64,000 nt of DNA from Muribaculaceae bacterium (GTDB lineage Bacteria; Bacteroidota; Bacteroidia; Bacteroidales; Muribaculaceae). Numbering within the stretch: position 1 is the first letter of the stretch; each line of letters opens with the position of its first letter. The stretch is taken from positions 6,693 through 70,692 of the forward strand of contig JAZTZN010000001.1 in assembly GCA_045637445.1 (NCBI GenBank), read 5' to 3'. Of this stretch, positions 18,736 through 27,312 are shown piece after piece. The position numbers and the translations under genes were made by a program. The notes under the pieces are model-generated. The model ran no database searches, was not told the DNA's origin, and saw nothing but the letters and a program-made list of their open reading frames with translations.

Positions 18736-19446
18736 TTACTTAGATTTTGCATCCAAAATAGCCATCATTTTTTTCATCCCGACGGTGGCTTTTTCTCTTA
18801 TTATTGTCAGATTTTCCATCATTCCCACGTTGGCAGGGTTAGGATCGATATAATAGATGCTTGTGTCTTTGCGCACACAACGTATCAGCCCAGCCGCCGG
18901 ATAGACCGCCAACGACGTGCCGATCACGACAAACACATCAGCCTCAGCAGCAAGCTGCATCGCCGGAGTGATATTAGGCACAGCCTCATTGAAAAAGACA
19001 ATGTGTGGACGCATCGGATGGCCATTCCTGCCACGACGCTCAGGCGTAGTCTCAATGTCATCGACCGACAACTCCTCTATATAATCCTCATCCTTGACAG
19101 AGCGAATCTTCATCAGCTCGCCATGAAGATGAAGCACATCCTTGGAGCCGGCACGCTCGTGAAGGTCATCGACATTCTGTGTAATCACCTTCACATCAAA
19201 ACGAGGATCCTCCGCAAGCTCGGCAATCAAGCGATGAGCCTCATTAGGCACCACCTCAAGCAACTGACGACGACGCGCATTATAAAACTCATGCACCAAC
19301 GCCGGGTCGGCAGCAAAACCCTCAGCCGAAGCCACCTGCATCACAGGATAGTTTTCCCACAACCCATCAGCGTCGCGAAACGTCTTGACGCCACTCTCGG
19401 CACTCACACCGGCGCCCGTAGAAAACACAATTTTCAACTTCTTCAT
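18736..19446 (-). CDS. cobB: NAD-dependent protein deacylase (Sir2 family)
   Basis: GAGVSAESGVKTFRD, QNVDDLHERAG and the C-terminal VIGTSLAVYPAA are sirtuin hallmarks. Confidence 0.85.
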   Translation of the reverse strand: MKKLKIVFSTGAGVSAESGVKTFRDADGLWENYPVMQVASAEGFAADPALVHEFYNARRRQLLEVVPNEAHRLIAELAEDPRFDVKVITQNVDDLHERAGSKDVLHLHGELMKIRSVKDEDYIEELSVDDIETTPERRGRNGHPMRPHIVFFNEAVPNITPAMQLAAEADVFVVIGTSLAVYPAAGLIRCVRKDTSIYYIDPNPANVGMMENLTIIREKATVGMKKMMAILDAKSK

Positions 19447-19839
19447 ACCATTATCGATTGGTTAAATTTATCTTCTGGGGTTATACTCACCATGAGTATA
19501 TCCACATCCATGCAGTTTGCACCATGCAAAGATACACAATTTTATCGGAGTCTCACAAACTAATCCTATCAATATGAAAAGTTTGAACAGAGACCGCCAC
19601 AAATAGCCACGAAGCATTATTGACTGTGCAAACCGTATAGGCGTAGCAACACATTATTTATAAGAACATTGTCATATATACAGGTATATACTCCACGCCA
19701 TTTTCTCGCTTGTAATCCTTTGTATAAATCACATATCGGTTCATTATTCGGTCGGAATACTTACTGCAAAACTCATCCAACGATCTGCACAACTTATAAG
19801 TCTCTGGTTTTTAGGCAAAAAGCATAACTTTTTCATTTC

Positions 19840-19933
19840 TCCACCAAATTTATTTAGTGCGTTTTGTCAATATCCACCAAATTTATTTAGCCCATTTTGT
19901 CAATATCCACCGAATTTAATAGACCAATTCGCC
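19840..19933. repeat. tandem repeat of a 33-bp unit, 2 full copies plus 1 degenerate copy
   Basis: Copies are tccaccaaatttatttagtgcgttttgtcaata (19840-19872), tccaccaaatttatttagcccattttgtcaata (19873-19905) and tccaccgaatttaatagaccaattcgcc (19906-19933). They are contiguous with no spacers. Confidence 0.85.
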
Positions 19934-20028
19934 TGATTTTTATACCATTAAAACAAAATCTATATCACCTAAAAAGCAACTTTACAAACAATTAAAAACA
20001 GTGGTAAAAAAACGACTCTATTCAATAA

Positions 20029-20095
20029 TATGCTTGCTCTGCATAAAACAACATCCTTTTTATTCGATATACAAAACGAAGAAATAATAGTGAGG
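20029..20095 (+). repeat. left copy of the ~67-bp imperfect direct repeat bracketing the AbiE module
   Basis: tatgcttgctctgcataaaacaacatcctttttattcgatatacaaaacgaagaaataatagtgagg matches 21692-21757 with a few substitutions and one indel. Confidence 0.85.
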
Positions 20096-20199
20096 CAGCT
20101 CGTGATTATACTCACCTTTTGAGATTATTTTAGTAAAAAAATGAACAGAAAAAGAACTCTAAATTCTTTTATTGTTCAAATTTTTACTATTTTTGCAAC

Positions 20200-20826
20200 A
20201 TGAATAGACAATTAAGAGAAATAGGGAGCATTCCAATAACGACTTCTGTTATCGAATCGTTATATCCTGAACTCAAGTCGCCGGATAAGAAGGTCGCATG
20301 GCTTGAGAAGAATGGGTATATTATTCGATTGAAGAGAGGGCTCTATGTTGTCAATCCGGAACATTCGAGTAAAACTCTTTCGAGTGAGCTGATTGCCAAT
20401 CATCTTTATGCACCTTCTTACATCTCGATGTCAACAGCATTGAGATATTATGGGTTGATTCCGGAGGAAGTATATACGCATCAGTCAATGACAATAAAGC
20501 ATTCTCGAAGTTTTCAAACTCCTATAGGAAATTACAATTACAAGTATATTTCCCGAGCAGCTTTCTCTGTCGGAGTAAGAAGTATTCATAAGGAGGAATA
20601 TGCTTTCTTGATTGCATCGCCCGAAAAGGCTTTGTGCGACCTGATAGCAAATTCTTCTAAGGTAAATCTGCGTTTTCTGAAGGATGTTGAGAACTATCTT
20701 GAGCATGATATCCGAATGGATATGGATGAGTTTTATAAGTTTGACTCAACTATTTTTGAAGAGTATATAAAGGTAGGCAAGAAGGCCGACTCTATTGCAA
20801 CACTTTTAAGATTCTTAAGACGATGA
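20200..20826 (+). CDS. type IV toxin-antitoxin / abortive-infection antitoxin AbiEi-family protein
   Basis: N-terminal wHTH-like IESLYPELKSPDKKVAWLEKNGYIIRLKRGLYVV and the C-terminal domain pattern of AbiEi. Overlaps the downstream nucleotidyltransferase gene by 4 nt. A tatttttg box lies at 20188-20195. Confidence 0.75.
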   Translation: MNRQLREIGSIPITTSVIESLYPELKSPDKKVAWLEKNGYIIRLKRGLYVVNPEHSSKTLSSELIANHLYAPSYISMSTALRYYGLIPEEVYTHQSMTIKHSRSFQTPIGNYNYKYISRAAFSVGVRSIHKEEYAFLIASPEKALCDLIANSSKVNLRFLKDVENYLEHDIRMDMDEFYKFDSTIFEEYIKVGKKADSIATLLRFLRR

Positions 20827-21656
20827 AAAATGAAATTTACGATAGCATGTTGTCACGCTACGATCTGACGACAGAGCAGAATAAAAGGAATGCTATTTTT
20901 GAAGTAAACCAACAGATGATTCTTGCCGGTTTGTATAGTGGTGGATTTTTTGAGTCAGCTGCATTCTATGGTGGAACTTGCTTGAGAATCTTTCATGGGT
21001 TGCAACGCTTCAGTGAAGATATGGATTTTTCTCTGCTGACACAAGATGAAGCGTTTGACTTCAGCAAATATTTCCAACCCATTGTTGATGCATTTGCTTT
21101 GGTGGGACGTGAGGTTGAAATCAAGAAGAAAGACAAGAAGAACTTCGGTAAGGTTGAGTCAGCCTTCCTGAAAGACAACACCGATGTGTATGATGTAATG
21201 TTTCAAACAGAGAAGTCTATAAAAATCAAGATTGAAGTTGACACTTGTCCTCCATTGAATTTTAAGACAGAGCAAAAACTATTGCTACAACCACATTCAT
21301 TCATGACTCGTTGCTTTACACTTCCCGACCTGTTTGCCGGCAAGATGCACGCACTTGTATATCGTGCATGGAAAAACAGAGTCAAGGGACGTGACTGGTA
21401 CGATTTTGAGTGGTATGTTCGCCATAATGTACCGCTTGATTTTGCTCATTTGGCTGAAAGATGCCGACAATTCAATAATGAGGAAATCACCCCGGAACTA
21501 TTCAAAGATAAGCTCAAGGAGCGTCTTTCTACTGCGGACATTAAGCAGGTAAAAGAAGATGTCCTACCATTTGTTCGCAATCCTAAGGAGTTGGAAATTT
21601 GGTCAAACGACTATTTTGTTCAATTGGCTGAGATGGTGAAATTGGAATATGTATAG
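20823..21656 (+). CDS. nucleotidyltransferase AbiEii/AbiGii-family toxin
   Basis: FYGGTCLRIFHGLQRFSEDMDFSL (the GG..L...RFSEDxDF nucleotidyltransferase motif) and downstream KxxA...R...GRDWYD motifs typical of AbiEii. Confidence 0.8.
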   Translation: MKNEIYDSMLSRYDLTTEQNKRNAIFEVNQQMILAGLYSGGFFESAAFYGGTCLRIFHGLQRFSEDMDFSLLTQDEAFDFSKYFQPIVDAFALVGREVEIKKKDKKNFGKVESAFLKDNTDVYDVMFQTEKSIKIKIEVDTCPPLNFKTEQKLLLQPHSFMTRCFTLPDLFAGKMHALVYRAWKNRVKGRDWYDFEWYVRHNVPLDFAHLAERCRQFNNEEITPELFKDKLKERLSTADIKQVKEDVLPFVRNPKELEIWSNDYFVQLAEMVKLEYV

Positions 21657-21691
21657 TTTCAATTATGAATTGATTATATTGAAGTAAAACT

Positions 21692-21757
21692 TATGCTTGC
21701 ACTGCATAAAACAACATCTTTTTAGGCGATATACAAAACGAAGAAATAATAGTGAGG
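21692..21757 (+). repeat. right copy of the direct repeat bracketing the AbiE module
   Basis: tatgcttgcactgcataaaacaacatctttttaggcgatatacaaaacgaagaaataatagtgagg; see 20029-20095. Confidence 0.85.
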
Positions 21758-21830
21758 TACTCCCAATCAGCAAGATATTGAGCATACTCAGAAACACTCG
21801 CTGATTGGGAATTTTTCTATACTTTTAAAA

Positions 21831-22154
21831 TTATTTTACGATGCGTTTCGCCACAATGTCAGGCTTTCGAAATTTAGGTGTTTTGGGTGCCGGAATTTTC
21901 TTCATTATGCTACTATCTACACATTGATAGTCAATCACTTCCCCCTCATAAACTCCTTTGGATGTAGTGGCACGCACAGTGCCTGTTCCAGTGAATTTAT
22001 TGTTGATAAACGCGCCTTCATAATAGTCGCCGTTGGGCATTGTGAGCTTACCTTTGCCGTTGAACTTACCGCCGACGATGCCTCCTTCATAGCGCTCACC
22101 ACCCGGGAATGTAATTGACACATAGTATGTAGCAGAGTTTTTGGGTTGCCTCAT
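21831..22154 (-). CDS. small MORN-repeat protein without a signal peptide (possibly a gene remnant)
   Basis: Three to four Y.G....gk..G.G MORN units (GGERYEGGIVGGKFNGKGKLTMPNGDYYEGAFINNKFTGTGT). Divergent from the kinase operon. Confidence 0.55.
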   Translation of the reverse strand: MRQPKNSATYYVSITFPGGERYEGGIVGGKFNGKGKLTMPNGDYYEGAFINNKFTGTGTVRATTSKGVYEGEVIDYQCVDSSIMKKIPAPKTPKFRKPDIVAKRIVK

Positions 22155-22276
22155 AATACTGATTTTTATGAGACAAAATTGGAAAGAGCAATAAGATATA
22201 CATAAGATTGGGATTGTGAATAGATTGGTCTAATAATTTTTAATTCTGTTATATTGTTGGTTTTAAAAACTTTAGT

Positions 22277-22284
22277 TACCTTTG
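22277..22284 (+). promoter_or_regulatory. candidate -7 box (TACCTTTG) for the kinase operon
   Basis: TAnnTTTG match about 200 nt upstream of the kinase ATG. It would imply a long leader. This is a motif match only. Confidence 0.3.
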
Positions 22285-22484
22285 TTGCACAAGAGTTATT
22301 TGAAAGTGTCAGTTAATGCAAACCGAAGAAATTAGTATTATTCAAAAAGGTCGCAAAACGAGGTCTAATATTAATTCTGCAAACGATAACATCAAATAGA
22401 AAAATATTAAAGGAAGAACCCTAAAGCTAATGAATTAATTAATCCGGGAATTTTTAGAAGTTTCCCAAATAATAAATTTAGGAT

Positions 22485-24365
22485 ATGGCATTTTTAGAGG
22501 AATATACATTGCTTGATGAGCTGGGACAGGGTGGATATGCCACAGTCTATAAGGTGCGTCACAACCATTTGGGCTACATACGTGCCATACGTGTTTTGAA
22601 CGCCACCATAGCTCATGGCGAAGAGGATAAAACATATCAGAAATTTTTGCGCGAATGTCGTTTGCTGTTGCGTCTTGGCAATGGCAATCATCCTAATATT
22701 GTGCATATCTATCAGCCGCTGCTTAAGGCTCAAAAAGCGATTGTGGAGATGGATTATGTCGATGGCATGGACTTATTCCATTTTATAAAGGAGCAAAAAG
22801 GTTTTGTGCCTACTGAAGATGTGCTTCATCTCTTGACAGGCATCGGTAGTGCTTTGGCATATTGCCACAAGGACATCTACAAATTCTGCATGGATAAAGA
22901 GGAAGATAACCTCAAAGACGACCCTAACGACGGCACAAAAGTGTTGCTCGACACCAAAACCATTGAGCGATTGATAGATAAATATCGCGTTATCCACAAC
23001 GACATCCATTCCGGCAATATCATACGTCGCGAGGATGGCAATTTTGTGTTGTTAGATTTCGGGTTGGCTATCGAGGGCAACGACGTCGTTCGCAGCAGTA
23101 GAAAAAGAAACGGTGCGCCGGAGTTTAAAGCGCCGGAGAAGTGGGACAACGAAAGTCTGCTTACGACACAATCGGATATTTACAGCTTTGGTGTAGTGCT
23201 ATACGAATATATCACCGGCAGAGTTCCTTTCCAATTTGACAAGAAAAATTCCAATCCGAGCGAGGCAGAATATCTTCTTGGCAAAGCCCATAAGGAGCAG
23301 CAGCCACCGTCAATCTTCGAGCTTCGCAAGGAAGCTTTCGAGAAGGCTCATCCGGGAGCAACCTACGAAAAAGACTATCCCGACTGGCTTGAAAAAGTCG
23401 TTATGCGTTGTCTTGCAAAATCGCCTGCCGAGCGTTTTAAGGACGGCAAAGAATTGCACGACTTTGTCATGGAGAGCATCAAAGCCGACTCTGACACAAA
23501 AGTCGCAAACATGCGAGAAGAGATAGCACAATTGCAAAACAAACTCAGCGCAATCCAAAGCGAACAGCAGGCTAAAAGCAAAGAAGAGACAGAGCAAGTG
23601 GCTGCGATGAAAAGACAAGTAGAGGATGCCGAATGGCGTGTTGCCGAGTTTGTGGATAAGGAGCGCTTATTGAAGGAAGAAATCGAGCGTCTGAAGGGGC
23701 TGTTGAATAATAATGCTCCGGCGGTTGATGCCGAGCAAGTCGCAAACATGAAAGCAGAAATCCGACGTCTTGAGACGGAATTAAGCACAGTGGTCTCTAA
23801 GCACGTCGATGCCAACAATAAATTGTCTCAGTTGGAGAAAGAAAACGCCAAGCTCAAAACGGTAGCTCCGGGTGCAAAACCGAGTGGAATATGGAAAATT
23901 CTTGCTTTGATATTCTTGTTGACCACCGGTGGAGCTTTGATGATGTGGTATAATTCGAAGGATGCTTCAGCAGAGCCTATCGTTGTCGATACAATTTCCG
24001 TCACTATGGACGACGGCACTAATAAGGCTTTTTCAGCATCAGATGTGAAGAAACTTTTGAATGACAAAAATTCGCTTGCTCAAAGCCTTGCCAACTCGCA
24101 AGCGGCAAGTTCGTCAGACGATAGCGAGGCACTTAAACGCCTCAATGCGCAAATCGGTCAGAAGGATTCTCTCATAAATGAGTTGAACAAGACTATCGAA
24201 GAATTAAGACAGCAGTCGTCTGCCGGCAATGACAATTCGCAAAGCATAATCAACCGTAAGGACAAAGAAATCAGCCAGCTTAATTCGACAATCAAATCTT
24301 TGCGCAATCAAATTAAAGAAAAAGAAAAAGAAATCGGACTCTTAAAAAAAGAATTTGTAAGATAA
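22485..24365 (+). CDS. membrane-anchored Hanks-type Ser/Thr protein kinase with coiled-coil regions
   Basis: Kinase subdomains are readable: G-loop LGQGGYATVY, HPNIV, catalytic loop VIHNDIHSGN, LLDFGLA, GAPEFKAPE, DIYSFGVVLYEYITGRVPF. A heptad-rich segment follows, then one TM helix (IWKILALIFLLTTGGALMMWY, about 23888-23950) and a ~140-aa Ser/Gln/Lys-rich coiled-coil tail. Confidence 0.9.
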   Translation: MAFLEEYTLLDELGQGGYATVYKVRHNHLGYIRAIRVLNATIAHGEEDKTYQKFLRECRLLLRLGNGNHPNIVHIYQPLLKAQKAIVEMDYVDGMDLFHFIKEQKGFVPTEDVLHLLTGIGSALAYCHKDIYKFCMDKEEDNLKDDPNDGTKVLLDTKTIERLIDKYRVIHNDIHSGNIIRREDGNFVLLDFGLAIEGNDVVRSSRKRNGAPEFKAPEKWDNESLLTTQSDIYSFGVVLYEYITGRVPFQFDKKNSNPSEAEYLLGKAHKEQQPPSIFELRKEAFEKAHPGATYEKDYPDWLEKVVMRCLAKSPAERFKDGKELHDFVMESIKADSDTKVANMREEIAQLQNKLSAIQSEQQAKSKEETEQVAAMKRQVEDAEWRVAEFVDKERLLKEEIERLKGLLNNNAPAVDAEQVANMKAEIRRLETELSTVVSKHVDANNKLSQLEKENAKLKTVAPGAKPSGIWKILALIFLLTTGGALMMWYNSKDASAEPIVVDTISVTMDDGTNKAFSASDVKKLLNDKNSLAQSLANSQAASSSDDSEALKRLNAQIGQKDSLINELNKTIEELRQQSSAGNDNSQSIINRKDKEISQLNSTIKSLRNQIKEKEKEIGLLKKEFVR

Positions 24366-24366
24366 T

Positions 24367-25248
24367 ATGGGATTTTTTGATAAAATAGCAAAGCTCATCA
24401 ATGGCTCTTCGGCAGAGGAAACACCGAAGGCAGAGTGGCAATCAAAGTCTGAAGCATCAAAGGTTGAGACTGAAGAAACGCCGAAAGCGACAGTAAGCGA
24501 AAAGGCAACAAACAGTATCGACAAGCAAGACAATTTGCTCAGAGCCGTTATTCAATGTCTGAAGTCAAACTATGGCGGCAGCAAAATTTCTATGGCTGAC
24601 AAAACATTGGCATTGTGGATAACCGATGGCTTGTTCTACGACTTATTGTCGAGCAATAATTTCAAAAATCAACTGATGACATCGATAGTCGATGAGCTTG
24701 GTCTTGATTTTTCATCGATTGAAATCATGACAGGGCGATTGCCAGAAGAATCTCTGACGCCGATAGCCGATGGTTGTTTTTTGCAAATTAAAGCAAAGCA
24801 AGTCGTGCAGTCGATTTCGCGAGCTGAGATTCTGCAGGTGGAAGGCTTTGGCTCAATGCAGGATGCAAGTGTCTGCCTTGATTCGCAAGAGATAGTCTCC
24901 TTGCCATACGCACGCTATAATATCGGGATCGGTCGTCGTCCGAAGATGGATGACAACACACATCGCATCAATCAAATAGCTATCGACGACAGTCCGACAT
25001 CGGAAGAATATCATAAGAATAAATTTGTCAGTCGTGCTCATGCGTTCATATCTTATTCTGAGGAATATGGATTTTTGTTGAATGTAGAGCATGGCGGGTC
25101 GCGTATGGCAAAAAAACGCACCCACATCTATCGTGGCATAGAGAAAATAGAGCTTGACAATGTGCTTATTCCGGTGCCTTTGCGCGACGGCGACTATATA
25201 GTCTTGAGTAAAAATGTTCATCTATTATTCAAAAAAGCAAAAGCATGA
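24367..25248 (+). CDS. FHA-domain protein (FhaA-like layout: N-terminal domain of unknown function plus C-terminal FHA)
   Basis: The C-terminal FHA signature is YNIGIGRRP...INQIAIDD....VSRAHAFISYSEEYGFLLNV......THIYRG. The N-terminus MGFFDKIAKLING resembles FhaA/DUF3662-type starts. Begins 1 nt after the kinase stop. Confidence 0.8.
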   Translation: MGFFDKIAKLINGSSAEETPKAEWQSKSEASKVETEETPKATVSEKATNSIDKQDNLLRAVIQCLKSNYGGSKISMADKTLALWITDGLFYDLLSSNNFKNQLMTSIVDELGLDFSSIEIMTGRLPEESLTPIADGCFLQIKAKQVVQSISRAEILQVEGFGSMQDASVCLDSQEIVSLPYARYNIGIGRRPKMDDNTHRINQIAIDDSPTSEEYHKNKFVSRAHAFISYSEEYGFLLNVEHGGSRMAKKRTHIYRGIEKIELDNVLIPVPLRDGDYIVLSKNVHLLFKKAKA

Positions 25249-26216
25249 TAAAGAAAGCAGTAACAAAAATATTGGATATATTCAAGCCGGAAGGCAACAA
25301 CACAGGGGCAGCCAACGATAGGCTGACCAATAAGCGCCTGCTTGAAGAGTTGAAGTCGCATTTCAAAAGCGTGCTTGATGTGGAATCGGTGGGCAACAGA
25401 ATGCTCTATCCGATGTCGTTCAATATTCTGATGGAATCTTCCGACTACAACGATCGCAAACAATCGTTGCCATTCATTTTGCCGCAGGTGGTCGCTGCTT
25501 TCTATGGCATCATCGAAGAAAATAAAAAGGAATTTTCCGACTTTACCCCGCCGGCGAAATATTGGTTTTTCCAATTCTCGGCTTGCAACGTAGGGAGCAT
25601 CCCGACTGATAGTTCGACGCCACTTATAGTGCGCAAAGGACACATCACTACGGTGGCAAACCTTTTGACATTCGACATCAAAAAGGCTTCGAATGTCAGC
25701 GTCGATTCAAATGTCAGAGTTTCAATCAAACTCGATGATTCTGATGTGATGAATGATGTCAACGTCAACCTTGGAGCGATACAAAATCTCGACATCCTCA
25801 GCGAAGGAACGTTTATCTATAACTTTGACAACACGTTAAATCGCGATACTCGTCACATCGAAGAAAACTCAAATATGGCTGAGACATACGGCTTGGCAGA
25901 ACTTTCCTATTCGCGTGACGGCAAAAACTATCGTTTCTCGATGAAGGACAATCTTATTCACATTTCCGGCAAGAACGAAATGCGAGAAGGGCGTGCATTC
26001 TTCATCTTGGAAAATGCCGACATCAAGGACTCTCACGTTCAAATCAAATATGTGCCGACAGAAAAGAGATTTCAAATTGCAGCATTCGGCCCGACGAGAC
26101 TCAATAGCCGCCTGCTTGCCGAGAGTAGCGGAGGCGATGTGATGTGGTATGATTTGGCAAACAATTCAAGCATTTTTATCAACGAAGAGATAAGAGTGAA
26201 ATTTGAGATTAAATAA
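25245..26216 (+). CDS. second FHA-like protein (divergent FHA at the C-terminus, DUF3662-like N-terminal region)
   Basis: The start overlaps the upstream stop (ATGA). N-terminal GNRMLYPMSFNILMESSDYNDRK resembles the FhaA N-domain segment (LL.PN.Y.I.L...DF). The C-terminal HISGKNE..RAFFILENADIKDSHVQIKY....FQIAAFGPTRLNSRLL follows the FHA G-R/S-x-x-H/N-G spacing only loosely. Confidence 0.6.
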   Translation: MIKKAVTKILDIFKPEGNNTGAANDRLTNKRLLEELKSHFKSVLDVESVGNRMLYPMSFNILMESSDYNDRKQSLPFILPQVVAAFYGIIEENKKEFSDFTPPAKYWFFQFSACNVGSIPTDSSTPLIVRKGHITTVANLLTFDIKKASNVSVDSNVRVSIKLDDSDVMNDVNVNLGAIQNLDILSEGTFIYNFDNTLNRDTRHIEENSNMAETYGLAELSYSRDGKNYRFSMKDNLIHISGKNEMREGRAFFILENADIKDSHVQIKYVPTEKRFQIAAFGPTRLNSRLLAESSGGDVMWYDLANNSSIFINEEIRVKFEIK

Positions 26217-26220
26217 GTTT

Positions 26221-27300
26221 ATGATTATGAAGACGATACATTTTTTTGGAAAAACAGATATGGGCAGAAAGCGTACAAACAACGAGGATGCCTTTATCGC
26301 TCAAAATATTTGGGATGAGAAACACATCCTTGCTGTGGCTATCGACGGCGTCGGAGGTTATGAGGGTGGAGAAGTGGCTGCTGAATTGGCTCAAAAAAAC
26401 ATTGTCAAATACCTCGAAACGTATCCCAACGGTGAACGCCTCGACTTGCTTAAACAGGCTGTAATCTTTGCCAACAATGCCATTTTCGACGAGAGAAAAC
26501 AATCGGCCAATCTTTGTAGCATGAGTTGCGTTTTGACAGCGGCTCTTATCGAGGTGGAGAGCCGGCGCATAAACATGGCGCATGTGGGCGACACTCGTCT
26601 TTATCAATATGTCGATGGCGTTTTGACGAAACTTTCCCACGACCACTCTCTCATCGGCTATCGCGAAGAAATCGGCGAACTCTCGGAGGAAGAAGCAATG
26701 AATCATCCTCAGCGAAACATCATCGGGCGTGACGTGGGTTCTACTCGCTTGGAAAGCAACGCCAACGACTATGTGGAAGTCGCTTCATTCCCTCTTGAGG
26801 CTCATTCATCGTTGATGCTATGCTCCGACGGTCTTTGCGATATGATTACTTCGCAACAAATGAAATCTATCCTTGACGAAAATTTGCCGACAGAAAAGAA
26901 AGTCGATGCTCTGATTGAGGCTGCCAACATTGCAGGAGGTAAGGACAATGTCACTGTGGTGCTCGTGGAGTGCAACCTGCCTGAATTGCCTCGCAAAAAA
27001 ATAATAGAAACAGAAACCCATCCTACCGAAATAAGAAAAAAGTCAACGGTAGAAACGAAAAAGAAATCTTCACTCGGTCGGTATCTGATTATTATCGGTG
27101 TCGCATTGTTGGGCTTTATCGGAGGATATTTGCTCAATAGTTACAACGCTTATAAAATGCAACTTGAAACCTCTGAATCAATAGTTGTACGCGACACTGC
27201 CATAATCAAATTGAAAAAGGAAAGATCGGAGCTTTCCAAGCATATTAAAGAATTGGAATTGCGCATCGATTCGCTTCAAAACGCCAACAGCAACAAATAA
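26221..27300 (+). CDS. PP2C-family Ser/Thr phosphatase with a C-terminal TM anchor and coiled-coil tail
   Basis: Motifs GKTDMGRKRTNNEDAF, AIDGVGGYEGGEVAA, VGDTRLY, LCSDGLCD and GGKDNVTVVLVE. TM helix LGRYLIIIGVALLGFIGGYLL at about 27073-27140. The track start at 26203 is a TTG, so I use the ATG at 26221. Confidence 0.9.
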   Translation: MIMKTIHFFGKTDMGRKRTNNEDAFIAQNIWDEKHILAVAIDGVGGYEGGEVAAELAQKNIVKYLETYPNGERLDLLKQAVIFANNAIFDERKQSANLCSMSCVLTAALIEVESRRINMAHVGDTRLYQYVDGVLTKLSHDHSLIGYREEIGELSEEEAMNHPQRNIIGRDVGSTRLESNANDYVEVASFPLEAHSSLMLCSDGLCDMITSQQMKSILDENLPTEKKVDALIEAANIAGGKDNVTVVLVECNLPELPRKKIIETETHPTEIRKKSTVETKKKSSLGRYLIIIGVALLGFIGGYLLNSYNAYKMQLETSESIVVRDTAIIKLKKERSELSKHIKELELRIDSLQNANSNK

Positions 27301-27312
27301 TAATCATACGCC

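Noticed and set aside
18691-19563. 290-aa plus-strand ORF antisense to the Sir2/cobB gene
   Set aside because: The cobB frame has clear sirtuin motifs. The antisense translation is His/Arg/Leu-rich with no recognisable features.
19840-19933. Possible CRISPR array
   Set aside because: The repeats are directly adjacent with no spacers, there are only about 3 copies, and there are no cas genes in the window. I classify it as a simple tandem repeat.
22316-22399. 27-codon upstream ORF (MQTEEISIIQKGRKTRSNINSANDNIK) in the putative leader of the kinase operon
   Set aside because: It is short, has no conservation evidence available, and the upstream promoter call is itself weak. It is noted only as a possibility.
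26203-26220. Longer PP2C start at 26203, with similar long starts at 31962 (porX), 36770 (hipA), 41724 (ldcA), 15774 (cdd), 2047 (yhhQ) and 57727 (pyrH)
   Set aside because: Inspection of the DNA shows that most of these track starts (26203, 41724, 15774, 2047) are TTG codons, and the extensions add non-homologous residues or overlap upstream genes. In-frame ATG codons that give canonical N-termini were preferred.
22485-27300. Interpretation of the kinase/FHA/PP2C genes as a T6SS threonine-phosphorylation pathway (PpkA/PppA/Fha) or as the actinobacterial cell-wall cluster
   Set aside because: No T6SS structural genes (TssB/C, Hcp, VgrG, etc.) and no SEDS/PBP genes occur anywhere in the 64-kb window. 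The linkage is to MORN genes instead.
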